This document shows positions 44,252 through 53,750 of a stretch of DNA of 64,000 nt, piece after piece. Positions within the stretch are counted from its first letter, which is position 1, and each line of letters opens with the position of its first letter. The translations under genes and the position numbers were made by a program. The stretch is from an uncultured Bacteroidia bacterium (lineage in GTDB: Bacteria; Bacteroidota; Bacteroidia; Bacteroidales; UBA932): the NCBI GenBank assembly GCA_902780935.1, contig CACZHP010000001.1, positions 129,264 through 193,263 of the forward strand, written 5' to 3'. The notes beneath the pieces were generated by a model. The model made no database searches. It was not told where the DNA came from and was given only the letters and a program-made list of their open reading frames with translations.

Positions 44252-46645
44252 ATGCGAAAAGCGTTTTACCTTTCCGCTCTGGCTTTGTTTATTGCTATAT
44301 GCCAGAGCGTTCCGGCTCAAGACAGAATATCCCTTAACGGCAAATGGGATCTTGAGTTCTGGTCCCAGGATGGGGAGGCGGTCACGGATCCGTCTGATGT
44401 GACCGTTTTGAAAACCACAAAACTCTCCGCCACCGTGCCGGGCAACGTGGAGTTGGATCTGCTGGCGGCGGGGATGATCAAAGATCCCGAGGTCGGGAAC
44501 AACATCTACGACCTGCGTCCTTACGAGTTCTGCCAGTGGATGTATTCAAAGACATTCACCGCACCGGAAACATCTAAAGGACAACGTATTATTCTCGATT
44601 TCGAAGGGATAGACTGCCTTGCGGACATCTGGTTGAACGGGGAGAAAGTGGGTTCTGCAGAGAACGCCATGATAGCCCATAAATATGACGTCACTAAGAT
44701 CGTCAAACCTGGAGAGAACAAGCTGCAGGTTATTCTCCGGTCCGCTGTCCTTGAGGCTCAGAAATATCTTGTCGGGACTTACAGTTTCCGCCATTACACC
44801 GAGTCCGTTTGGATACGCAAGCCGCGCCATTGCTACGGCTGGGACATCATGCCTCGTCTTGTGAGTGCGGGTCTTTGGAGAGAGGTTTCTCTCATTGTCC
44901 AGAACCCGGTGAGTATCAGCGATGTGCATTGGGTGACGGTGAGCGCTGATCCTGCCACCAAGGAGGTTTCGGCCTTCGTGGACATCCAGGTCAAGTATCC
45001 CGCCTCCAAGATCGACAGGGTCAAACTCAATGTCAAGCTGGAGAGAAACGGGAAAGTCGCCTATGAGGATGAGCGGCTTCTTCCCACATACGCCTGGAGG
45101 ACGGAATTCAAGCTGGAGAACGCTGATCTTTGGTGGCCGAAGGGCTATGGAGAGCCGGCGTTGTACGACGGGACTTTGAGCTTGATTGACGAGGACGGTA
45201 CTGTCTTGGCTTCAGACACCCGCAAGGTCGGTTTCAGGACTGTCTCTCTTGAGAGGAGCGAGATGATTGATAAGGACGGGAAGGGTGAGTTCTGCTTCTA
45301 TGTCAACGGGGAGAAGATATATGTCCGGGGAACCAACTGGGTGCCTCTTGACGGCTTCCACAGCAGGGATACCCGATGGGTGGACAGCACCCTGGACATG
45401 GTAGTGGATCTTAACTGCAACATGATCCGCTGCTGGGGCGGCAATGTCTATGAGGACACTCAGTTCTATGATCGCTGCGACCGGGAAGGGATCATGGTCT
45501 GGCAGGACTTCTCAATGGCCGGGATCATATATCCTCAGGATCAGGCCTTTGTGTCCAAGGTACGGGAAGAGATCAAGCAGGTAGTCCTAAAATTCCGGAG
45601 CCATCCTTCCTTGGCGATATGGTCCGGAAATAACGAGAATGACAACTCCCTTCTCTGGACTCTGCCGACTTTCCGGATCGATCCGAACAGGGATGTGATC
45701 AGCAGGAAGATGATCCCAGAGGTGCTGTACGAATTCGACCCGACGAGACCATATCTGCCAAGCTCGCCTTGTTTTAGCGAGGAGGCTTTCAAGAACGGAT
45801 GTCAGCGCTCTGACCTCCCGCAGGATCATCTCTGGGGGCCGAGAGGCTACTATAAAGATCCGTTCTACAAGGACGCCAAGGCGATATTCGTGAGCGAGAT
45901 CGGTTACCATGGAGCCCCTAACATAGAGTCGATAGAAAAGATGTTCACCAAGGACAGCCGCTATCCTTGGACCAAAGACGGGCAGTGGAACAAGGAGTGG
46001 CTGACCAAATCTGTCCGACCTATACCATTCTTCGACGAGTTCGTGGGAAGGAACGACCTCATGACCAAGCAGATAAACCTTTTGTTCGGTTTCCGGCCAA
46101 AGACTCTTGAGGAGTTTGTGGCAGCTTCTCAGAGTACCCAGGCCGAGGCCATGAAGTACTTCGTGGAGAAGTTCAGAGGAGCGAAATTTGACCGCACCGG
46201 TATGATTTGGTGGAACGTCCGGGATGGCTGGCCGATAGTCTCGGACGCCATCGTGGATTACTATAATAGCAAGAAGCTGGCATACGACTTCCTCTGGAAC
46301 GCCCAGAGAACGGTGTGTCTGCTAATCAATGATCCGGAGGAGGGTGTTCTACCCCTGAAAGCTGTCAATGACTCCAGGGAGCCTGCTGAGGGCAAGGTGA
46401 AGGTCACCGACGTGGAAAGCGGCAAGGTGGTGTTCAAGGGCAAGTTCAGTGTGGGAGCCAATGGCCGTTCCCTGGTCGCCGGACTGCCAATCCCTGAAGG
46501 TCAAGGAGTTTTGCTCATTGAATATGAGACAGCGGGGCAGAAACTCCGCAACCACTACCTCTACGGAGAACCGCCCTTTGACTTCTCGGTCTATCAAAAA
46601 CTGATGACCAAGGCCGGTATCGAAGGTGTCTCATGGTCACTTTAG
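44252..46645 (+). CDS. GH2 beta-mannosidase-like glycosidase, secreted
   Basis: FEGIDCLADIWLNG, LWWPKGYGEPALY, RGTNWVP, NMIRCWGGNVYE, WSGNNE, SEIG. Confidence 0.9.
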   Translation: MRKAFYLSALALFIAICQSVPAQDRISLNGKWDLEFWSQDGEAVTDPSDVTVLKTTKLSATVPGNVELDLLAAGMIKDPEVGNNIYDLRPYEFCQWMYSKTFTAPETSKGQRIILDFEGIDCLADIWLNGEKVGSAENAMIAHKYDVTKIVKPGENKLQVILRSAVLEAQKYLVGTYSFRHYTESVWIRKPRHCYGWDIMPRLVSAGLWREVSLIVQNPVSISDVHWVTVSADPATKEVSAFVDIQVKYPASKIDRVKLNVKLERNGKVAYEDERLLPTYAWRTEFKLENADLWWPKGYGEPALYDGTLSLIDEDGTVLASDTRKVGFRTVSLERSEMIDKDGKGEFCFYVNGEKIYVRGTNWVPLDGFHSRDTRWVDSTLDMVVDLNCNMIRCWGGNVYEDTQFYDRCDREGIMVWQDFSMAGIIYPQDQAFVSKVREEIKQVVLKFRSHPSLAIWSGNNENDNSLLWTLPTFRIDPNRDVISRKMIPEVLYEFDPTRPYLPSSPCFSEEAFKNGCQRSDLPQDHLWGPRGYYKDPFYKDAKAIFVSEIGYHGAPNIESIEKMFTKDSRYPWTKDGQWNKEWLTKSVRPIPFFDEFVGRNDLMTKQINLLFGFRPKTLEEFVAASQSTQAEAMKYFVEKFRGAKFDRTGMIWWNVRDGWPIVSDAIVDYYNSKKLAYDFLWNAQRTVCLLINDPEEGVLPLKAVNDSREPAEGKVKVTDVESGKVVFKGKFSVGANGRSLVAGLPIPEGQGVLLIEYETAGQKLRNHYLYGEPPFDFSVYQKLMTKAGIEGVSWSL

Positions 46646-49600
46646 GATTGGTGAGCACTGCACTCCGAGTAGCTTGAGAGCGGAGACGAATTCCGAGGTT
46701 ACGGACACCTGGAACTTCGTGGAGTGGAACTCTATGTTGTACTTCGTGACCGGGTCATAGATAAACATTTTCAGCGGTGTCTTGCCTTTGTTGGCGCTGA
46801 CAAGACCCACCAGGTCGTGGCGGAATTTCTCCGTCAGCATAGGAGTGGTGACGTTGATCGAAAAGCCGGCGAGCTTCCCCTCGTTGACATTGCCAAGCAG
46901 GGATATTCCTTTGACTTTGAACCCGAAAGGAACCGTTTTGCCTTGGGCTCTCTCTTCCTGGCGAAGAGGGAATTTCTCGTCAATCTCTCCTTCGATGTAG
47001 AGACTGGCGTGTGGCTGGAGGTACCGCATGAAGGTCTCATGGTCCTTACCGAAGAGGGAGAGTTCGTAGGAGCCGCTATAGTCTTCAAGCTTTGTCCGGG
47101 AATATGGTTTCCCGTTCTTTGCGGTCATAGTCGCAGTCTCCGTCACTAGCCCGGCGACAGCCACTTTCATCTTCTTCTTGGACCTGTCGCAATCGGCTAC
47201 AAGGTTATCGAGGGTGGCGAGCTCCTGGTTGGTGAAAGTCTCTATCTCAAAGGAATATTTCTCCAGCGGATGAGAGGAAATGTACATCCCGACAAACTCC
47301 TTTTCTTTCTGGAGAATCTCGAGCTCGTCGTCAACCTCTACATTCTCAGGTATTTCCGGACGGACAGGCTTCATCTCTTCCATGTCTCCGAACAGGGACG
47401 CTCCGGAGTCGGCGCTGTCCTGGCTGTAGAGGGTGGCGTAGCGGGCTAGCTCGTCGATGAAGAAGTTTCCGTTCTTGCATGGCATGAAGAACTGCCTGCG
47501 CTTGATCTTGAAGGAGTCAAAGGCGCCCGAATAGACAAGGCACTCCATAGCCTTACGGTTCAAGACTCCCCCCATTCTCTCCACGAAATCAAACACGTCC
47601 TTGTAGGGACCGTCGCTCTCCCTTCCGGATATTATTGCGTCTGCCACGTTGGTGCCAAAACCCTTGATTCCTTTGAGTCCGAAGCGGATATCGCCATCTT
47701 TGTTGACGGTGAAGTGGGAATATGACTCATTGATATCAGGGCTTTTCACTTTGATCCTGTGGGCTTTGCAGTCGGACAGGATTTTGCGGATCTCGGAGGT
47801 GTTACCAAGGTTGCAGGATAGGTTGGCTGCGAAGAACTCAGCCGGATAGTGGCATTTGAGCCAGCCGGTCTGGTAGGACACCCAGGCATAACAGGTGGCG
47901 TGGGACTTGTTGAAGGCGTATTGCGCGAACTTCTCCCAGTCCTTCCAGATTTTGTCCAGGGTCTTTTCCGGGTGGCCGTTCGCCATTCCTCCGGTCATGA
48001 ACTTGTCCTTGAGCTCGTTCAGGATGGCTATCTGCTTCTTTCCCATCGCCTTACGCAGCTTGTCTGCCTCGCCCTTGGTGAAACCGGCGAGTTTCTGGGA
48101 AAGGAGCATGACCTGTTCCTGATAGACAGTGACCCCATATGTGTCGCTCAGGAATTCCTCCATGTCAGGGAGGTCATATTCAATGGCTTCCAATCCCAAC
48201 TTCCTGTTCACGAAGTTGGGAATATAATCCATTGGACCCGGCCGGTAAAGGGCGTTCATGGCAATCAGATCCTCAAAACGCTCCGGGTGAAGCCTTTGGA
48301 GCCAGTTCTTCATGCCAGGGGACTCAAACTGGAACACGCTGTCGGTGTCGCCGCGGCTGTAGAGTTCGTAAGTGGGCTTGTCGTTTATGTCGATTGCCTC
48401 GATGTCGATGTCTTCTCCGAAACGTAGTTTGATGTTATCCAAACACTTGTGGATGATCGAAAGTGTATTGAGCCCGAGAAAGTCCATCTTGAGCATTCCG
48501 ACATCCTCGATGTAATGGCCGTCGTATTGGCTGGTCCAGACCAGCTCGCCGGATTCTTTCTCCACCGACAGGCAGATTGGAATATAGTCGGTAAGCCGGC
48601 CGCGGCCAATAATGGTGGCGCAGGCGTGCTGGCCAACCTGACGGATGCATCCCTCAAGCCTCTGGGCATAGTTCAGCACAGCCTTGACTTGTTCGGATCC
48701 ATTTTCCAGCAGGTCTTTGAACTCTGGAACCAGCCGGTAACAGTTCTTAAGGGTGATTTTGACATCCGTGTCCTCCATTCCCTTCTGGAACCAATGCCCG
48801 TCTTTCTCATAAGACTTGAAACCGGGCTTCAGCTCGTCCAATTTGGGGTTGAAAGGATATTCCTTCTCGACTTTCTCGCTGAGGCGGTCGGGAACCAGGC
48901 CCGAGAGCCGGTTGGATTCGTCGAGGGGCAGGTCCCTCACTCTTGCGACATCCTTGATCGCCCCTTTGGCGAGCATGGTTCCGAAGGTGATCACCCGCGA
49001 CACATGGTCTTTGCCGTAGGTGTCATCGACATATTTGTGGGCGAGTCCAAGGTCCTCGAAGTCCACGTCGATATCAGGCATCGAGATTCGGTCCGGATTA
49101 AGGAAACGCTCGAACAGGAGCTGGTACTTGATCGGGTCCAGATTGGTGATCCCAAGGCAATAAGCCACAGCCGATCCCGCTGCGGACCCACGTCCCGGAC
49201 CGACCAGGCTGCCCATCCTACGGCAAGCGGCTATGTAGTCCTGGACGATAAGGAAATAGTCAGGGAAACCCATTCGGCAGATGGTCTTGAGCTCAAAATC
49301 AAGCCTTTCCGCCTGCTCCTCGTTGAGGGTTTCCCCGTAGCGTCTCTTGGCTCCCTCGTAGGTGAGGTAGCAGAGGTAGGCCACCGACCGGCAGAATTCG
49401 TCTCCTCGGTAATTCCCTTTCTTGTCGTTCCTTCCGGCGTCGATGACGTCTTTGTATTGTTCAAGATAATTGTCTATCTCGGCCAGGAAGGCGGGATCAA
49501 TCTCATATTTTGGAAGGACATGGTCTCGGTCGATGCTGTAAACCTCGACCTTGCCGGCGATCTCAAGGGTGTTGGCCAGAACCTCCGGATGATCGGGGAA

Positions 49601-50410
49601 CAGGGCCGCCATCTCCTCTTCGCTCTTCAGGTACTCCTGCTGGGTGTAATGGAGACGCGGTTCCTCAAATATCTTCTTGCCGGTGTTCAGGCAGATCAAG
49701 TGGTCGTGGGCCGGACCGTCCTCCTTGTCCACGAAATGCACGTCGTTGGTGGCCACTACCTTGACCCCGGTCTCCTCGGCCAGCTTAAAGATGCCGGCAT
49801 TGCTTATCTGTTGTTGCTCAAACACTTCCAGCGAGAGCCCGGGAACTTCGGTCTTATGGAGCATAACCTCCAGGTAGTAGTCCTCCCCGAACACCTTCTT
49901 ATGCCACTCGATGGCTTTGCGGGCGGCCGTAAGGTCTCCTGCCACGATGTCCTTCGGGATCTCTCCGGCCAGGCAGGCGGAACAGCAGATCAGTCCCTCG
50001 TGGTATTTCTCGATGATCTCATGGCTTACCCTCGGCTTGCCGTAATACAGACCCTCGATGTGGCCCAGGGACACTATGTTCGAGAGATTCTTGTAGCCTT
50101 GATAGTTCTTGGCGAGGAGGATAAGATGGTAGTACGACCTGTGCTCATTGTCTTTGAGTTTCGGGTCGTAGTGCCTTGTGACGTACACCTCGCACCCGAT
50201 GATCGGCTTGACTTTGTACTCTTTGGTCTCCTTGTCGCGGTGCTTGTCCGCGAACTTGAAGAATTCCTTGACACCGTACATGTTGCCATGGTCGGTGATG
50301 GCAAGGGCGGGCATGCCCATTGCCTCGGCCCGGTCAAAAAGGGTCGCTATCGATGAGAACCCGTCGAGAATCGAGTATTGGGTATGGACGTGGAGGTGTA
50401 CGAAAGACAT
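46637..50410 (-). CDS. dnaE: DNA polymerase III alpha subunit
   Basis: HLHVHTQYSILDG PHP domain, GRGSAAGS, FERFLNPDRISMPDIDVDF, KMDFLGL, ALYRPGP, VYQEQVM, YAFNKSH, OB fold. Confidence 0.97.
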   Translation of the reverse strand: MSFVHLHVHTQYSILDGFSSIATLFDRAEAMGMPALAITDHGNMYGVKEFFKFADKHRDKETKEYKVKPIIGCEVYVTRHYDPKLKDNEHRSYYHLILLAKNYQGYKNLSNIVSLGHIEGLYYGKPRVSHEIIEKYHEGLICCSACLAGEIPKDIVAGDLTAARKAIEWHKKVFGEDYYLEVMLHKTEVPGLSLEVFEQQQISNAGIFKLAEETGVKVVATNDVHFVDKEDGPAHDHLICLNTGKKIFEEPRLHYTQQEYLKSEEEMAALFPDHPEVLANTLEIAGKVEVYSIDRDHVLPKYEIDPAFLAEIDNYLEQYKDVIDAGRNDKKGNYRGDEFCRSVAYLCYLTYEGAKRRYGETLNEEQAERLDFELKTICRMGFPDYFLIVQDYIAACRRMGSLVGPGRGSAAGSAVAYCLGITNLDPIKYQLLFERFLNPDRISMPDIDVDFEDLGLAHKYVDDTYGKDHVSRVITFGTMLAKGAIKDVARVRDLPLDESNRLSGLVPDRLSEKVEKEYPFNPKLDELKPGFKSYEKDGHWFQKGMEDTDVKITLKNCYRLVPEFKDLLENGSEQVKAVLNYAQRLEGCIRQVGQHACATIIGRGRLTDYIPICLSVEKESGELVWTSQYDGHYIEDVGMLKMDFLGLNTLSIIHKCLDNIKLRFGEDIDIEAIDINDKPTYELYSRGDTDSVFQFESPGMKNWLQRLHPERFEDLIAMNALYRPGPMDYIPNFVNRKLGLEAIEYDLPDMEEFLSDTYGVTVYQEQVMLLSQKLAGFTKGEADKLRKAMGKKQIAILNELKDKFMTGGMANGHPEKTLDKIWKDWEKFAQYAFNKSHATCYAWVSYQTGWLKCHYPAEFFAANLSCNLGNTSEIRKILSDCKAHRIKVKSPDINESYSHFTVNKDGDIRFGLKGIKGFGTNVADAIISGRESDGPYKDVFDFVERMGGVLNRKAMECLVYSGAFDSFKIKRRQFFMPCKNGNFFIDELARYATLYSQDSADSGASLFGDMEEMKPVRPEIPENVEVDDELEILQKEKEFVGMYISSHPLEKYSFEIETFTNQELATLDNLVADCDRSKKKMKVAVAGLVTETATMTAKNGKPYSRTKLEDYSGSYELSLFGKDHETFMRYLQPHASLYIEGEIDEKFPLRQEERAQGKTVPFGFKVKGISLLGNVNEGKLAGFSINVTTPMLTEKFRHDLVGLVSANKGKTPLKMFIYDPVTKYNIEFHSTKFQVSVTSEFVSALKLLGVQCSPILK

Positions 50411-52611
50411 TAGAGCTCCTCCTGGACTTTAACTTTGATGAACCTTACTCCGTGGGAGGGGATGATGTAGGTGGCGTCCGTGGGGATGTCCTCCTGGCGC
50501 CAGAGGTCGCGGACGGTGGCAACATCCTCAATCCCGATTTTTCCGAGCGCGCCTTTCAGGAAAGTCGGCACTGGCGCGTCATTGAGGTTGAATATACCGA
50601 TCGCTATTGTCCCGTCGGACAGGCGGCGGCTCCACATCTGCATCCCGTCCTCATCGACGTCCCTGTGGGCCTGCTCTCCGAGGATGTCCTGGTTGACGGC
50701 GTTGACCTCGTTGTTGCAGAGCAGGTTGAAGGTGAAGTCGTCTATCTGGGCCAAATCGCAGCCGATCAGCATGTTGGAAGCCAGCAGCGACCAGAGTGTG
50801 ATGTGGGTGTACTGCTCGTCCGGAGTCAGGCGGCTGTCCCTGAGGTTGTCGCTCCAGCCCACCTTACCGACAACAAGCATGTCGGGATCGTTCCAGTGGC
50901 CTGGACCGGCATAGGGGTAAAGACCGGTCTGACGCTTGAATCCGATGTCGTAGAGAGACTCCCAGGTGTCGGTGATATCTCCCGTGGTCCTCCAGGAATT
51001 GGCGTCAACCGCATGTCCCCAGGTCCACACATCCGCCATTCCGTATTGGCAAAGAGAGTAGAAGATGTCTCGGGGTTGCTCCCTGAGGAACTTCTGCATC
51101 TTGAGGTAAGGGCGCACGTAGGCCGCGACGGACTTGTCGGGATCCGGCTCAAAGACTTTCCTGTAGCCGCACCAGTCGTATTTGAGGTAGTCCACGCCCC
51201 ATTCGTTCCAAGTCTCGGCGTCCTGTTTCTCGTGGTCGAGGGTCCCGAGGTAGCCTCCGCAAGTGCGGTCGCCCGGACTGGAATATATTCCCATTTTCAA
51301 ACCATTTGAATGAAGCCACTCTCCCAGGCCCTTCATGTCAGGGAACTTTTCATTGGTCTGGATCCGGCCTTCAGAGTCGCGCTCTTCGGCTTCCCAGGCG
51401 TCGTCGATGTTGATGTAGGAATATCCATAATCAGCCAAGCCGCTGTTTATCAACGCAGTGGCCGAAGACATGACCTTCTCCTGCGAGACGCTCACGCCCC
51501 AGCAGTTCCAGGAGTTCCATCCCATGGGGGGAGTCAAGGCTATCTTGGATCCCACCTTGAGGGTGAAATCCGCATCGGCGGCGCCTTTTGAGTTGGTGGC
51601 TTTCAGAGTGAGTTTGTAGTCCCCTTCCTTAAGGACCTTGCCGCTGAGGACTCCCTTTTCAGGATCGAGGGTCACGCCCTCAGGGAGGCCTTGGACCGAG
51701 TATCTCATAGGTTTCTCGCCGGAGAAAGCCAGACGGAAGATAACGGGAGATCCGGGCCTTACTCCGAACACCTTCGGCCCGTTGTAGCGTGGAGTGGCCG
51801 GAGCTTTCGGGGTCAGGATGTAAGCCGGGCAGAATGTGCCGCTCAGGGTCTCGCCGGAGCGATTGTCGCGGTAGGTGATCGTCAGGGTATTCTGTCCAAC
51901 CGCGGGAACAAATGCCGTGTGTCCTTTCTTGGGTGTGAGTTTCACGTCCTTGGAACTGACGGTTGATCTTTCGCCGGTCATCGGGTCGGTCGCTTCCACC
52001 TCAAGTTTGCCATCCAGTTTGGTTGTCGCGCTCAGGCTGACCTCGCAGCCGTTATCGCCTTTTGTTACTGTCAGTGCGGCGACAGCGTCGAGAGTAACTT
52101 GACCGATATATGCGGGGCCCTCGAAGAAGCCTCCGGGATTTCCGCCGTTATAGACCCTTACGGCGATCACATTCTCCTTGTCCCAAAGGACATCCTTCGG
52201 ATCCACCAGATACTTCCTGGGGGTGTCCCATTTGCCTTCATATCCTCCTTCCTCCTCTGGCATTCTGCCGGTCTTTCCGACCAGTTTGCCGTTGAGATAA
52301 GTCTCGTCACAGTCGTCGATGGACCCGAGAGCCAGCTGCACCTTTTCCGGGAAAGCGGCGCCGTTCAGAATAGAGGAAGGGAGTGTCACATGAATTCTGT
52401 ACCATGCGTAAGAATCGTCGTTGGAGATCCCTTGATCGTCCCAGGTCCTATCCAGCGAGAGGGTTTTCCAGGAGCTGTCGTCAAAGCCAGGAGCCTTCCA
52501 CTCCGCGGAGTCCCCGACGCTGAATTTCGCGTCTTTTACAACCACGCTCTGGGCGTTGGCCGAGAGTGTCAGCCAAATCAATGAAACAAAGCTAAATACG
52601 ATTCTCCTCAT
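50410..52611 (-). CDS. GH27 alpha-galactosidase with N-terminal galactose-binding-like and Ig-like domains
   Basis: TPPMGWNSWN, NIDDAW, DYLKYDWC, SWRTTGDI, HWNDPDML; N-terminal AWYR..LGSIDDCDETYLNG..NVIAVRV beta-sandwich. Confidence 0.92.
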   Translation of the reverse strand: MRRIVFSFVSLIWLTLSANAQSVVVKDAKFSVGDSAEWKAPGFDDSSWKTLSLDRTWDDQGISNDDSYAWYRIHVTLPSSILNGAAFPEKVQLALGSIDDCDETYLNGKLVGKTGRMPEEEGGYEGKWDTPRKYLVDPKDVLWDKENVIAVRVYNGGNPGGFFEGPAYIGQVTLDAVAALTVTKGDNGCEVSLSATTKLDGKLEVEATDPMTGERSTVSSKDVKLTPKKGHTAFVPAVGQNTLTITYRDNRSGETLSGTFCPAYILTPKAPATPRYNGPKVFGVRPGSPVIFRLAFSGEKPMRYSVQGLPEGVTLDPEKGVLSGKVLKEGDYKLTLKATNSKGAADADFTLKVGSKIALTPPMGWNSWNCWGVSVSQEKVMSSATALINSGLADYGYSYINIDDAWEAEERDSEGRIQTNEKFPDMKGLGEWLHSNGLKMGIYSSPGDRTCGGYLGTLDHEKQDAETWNEWGVDYLKYDWCGYRKVFEPDPDKSVAAYVRPYLKMQKFLREQPRDIFYSLCQYGMADVWTWGHAVDANSWRTTGDITDTWESLYDIGFKRQTGLYPYAGPGHWNDPDMLVVGKVGWSDNLRDSRLTPDEQYTHITLWSLLASNMLIGCDLAQIDDFTFNLLCNNEVNAVNQDILGEQAHRDVDEDGMQMWSRRLSDGTIAIGIFNLNDAPVPTFLKGALGKIGIEDVATVRDLWRQEDIPTDATYIIPSHGVRFIKVKVQEEL

Positions 52612-52707
52612 GGTTACAGGTCTGTTTTTTGTTAAATACCTTGCAAGTTATCGAAAAAATGGATTACAAGCAAGAGCTTCAAAAGGCTTGTTTTTACTCT
52701 ATTTTGT

Positions 52708-52715
52708 TATATTTG
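52708..52715 (+). promoter_or_regulatory. -7 box upstream of the YtxH-like gene
   Basis: TATATTTG 30 nt upstream of the ATG at 52746. Confidence 0.55.
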
Positions 52716-52745
52716 TAAATACCAAAACATTAAACATTCGAAGTT

Positions 52746-53153
52746 ATGAAAGGTGATTCTTTGTTCGCTTTGATAGCAGGGGCCGCCGCCGGGTTGACCC
52801 TCGGTCTGTTGTTCGCTCCTGAGAAGGGAGAAGAGACACGTCGTAAGGTTAAAGCCGCCGCCGCGGAAGGATGGGACGAGTTTGTCGATGCCACCGATGA
52901 TGGTTGGGAGAAGGCCAAAGAGACATACAATGATGTAAAAGAAGGGGCTGAGAGCGCCACAACAAGACTCAGGGCCAGAGCCAGGCTCGCCCGCAGGGAT
53001 CTCAAGGATCTGAAAGCGACATTGTCGGATCAGGCTACCGACCTTAAGGAAGAGGCCCGTCTGAAGATCCTGGCCCAACTGGATAAACTTGAGAAGGCCC
53101 TTTCCAAGGATCCTGACGAGACGGAGGACCGGTGGAACGAGCAAGACGCTTAA
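52746..53153 (+). CDS. YtxH-like protein (N-terminal TM anchor plus coiled coil)
   Basis: GAAAGLTLGLLFAPEKGEETRRKV signature. Confidence 0.85.
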   Translation: MKGDSLFALIAGAAAGLTLGLLFAPEKGEETRRKVKAAAAEGWDEFVDATDDGWEKAKETYNDVKEGAESATTRLRARARLARRDLKDLKATLSDQATDLKEEARLKILAQLDKLEKALSKDPDETEDRWNEQDA

Positions 53154-53157
53154 GGTA

Positions 53158-53508
53158 ATGAGTGATTTCACAAGACCGGTCGAGGATCTCGGGCAGAAGA
53201 CATCCGAATACATCGATCTTCGTGTTGACGAGCTTAAGCTCAAAACAGCGAAAGGACTGTCCCTGACCCTGAGCAAGTTGCTGTACATGCTGCTTGTCTT
53301 GTTCGTCGTGTCCATCATAATGATCTCCATCGCTGTAGGCGGTGTCATGTGGATCGGCGAGTTGGTGGGCAGCTATGCGGGTGGCGCGGCCATCGTCGCC
53401 GCCTTTTTCCTCCTTGTCCTTGGAGTTCTCGTTCTTTTGAGAAAGAGGCTGTTCCGCGATACCTTCGTTCCTCTTTTCATAGATCTCTTATTTGAGGATA
53501 AAAAATAA
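53158..53508 (+). CDS. YqjE / holin-superfamily-III-like two-TM membrane protein
   Basis: EYIDLRVDELKLK followed by two long TM helices; start moved to ATG 53158. Confidence 0.7.
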   Translation: MSDFTRPVEDLGQKTSEYIDLRVDELKLKTAKGLSLTLSKLLYMLLVLFVVSIIMISIAVGGVMWIGELVGSYAGGAAIVAAFFLLVLGVLVLLRKRLFRDTFVPLFIDLLFEDKK

Positions 53509-53516
53509 TCCTGGCC

Positions 53517-53750
53517 ATGAAGTACAGAGACATAAAAACAATGGACCAGCTGGAGGAGGCCGAGAAGCTTGTCAAGGAGCGCATCTCCAGCCAGGAAGGA
53601 GCAGTTAAAAGCTCTTTCGCCGACTTGAAGGAGTCTTATACTCCAAGCAATATGCTGCTTTCCGGGCTTAGGTCTATTTCCTCGTATATTCCTATAGATC
53701 AACTACTTCTGTCAACGGTAAGAATATTCAAGCGCAAGTTGCTGAAATGA
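53517..53750 (+). CDS. Small hypothetical protein, third gene of the YtxH unit
   Basis: 77-aa ORF, tight spacing to both neighbours, helical composition. Confidence 0.65.
   Translation: MKYRDIKTMDQLEEAEKLVKERISSQEGAVKSSFADLKESYTPSNMLLSGLRSISSYIPIDQLLLSTVRIFKRKLLK

Noticed and set aside
48449-50356. 635-aa ORF antisense to dnaE, and similar long antisense ORFs (37516-38748, 50320-51309, 9143-10039, 7606-8457, 22195-23010)
   Set aside because: They mirror well-supported genes and have no recognisable motifs; they are expected shadows of GC-rich codon usage that suppresses antisense stops
46637-50410. Possible intein or notable insertions in DnaE
   Set aside because: Only two short insertions of a few dozen residues are visible; there are no intein C/S start, HN end or LAGLIDADG motifs, and the total length is ordinary
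53158-53508. Prophage suggested by a holin-family-like protein
   Set aside because: No endolysin, integrase or structural genes nearby; the context fits the chromosomal YtxH/YqjE-type unit
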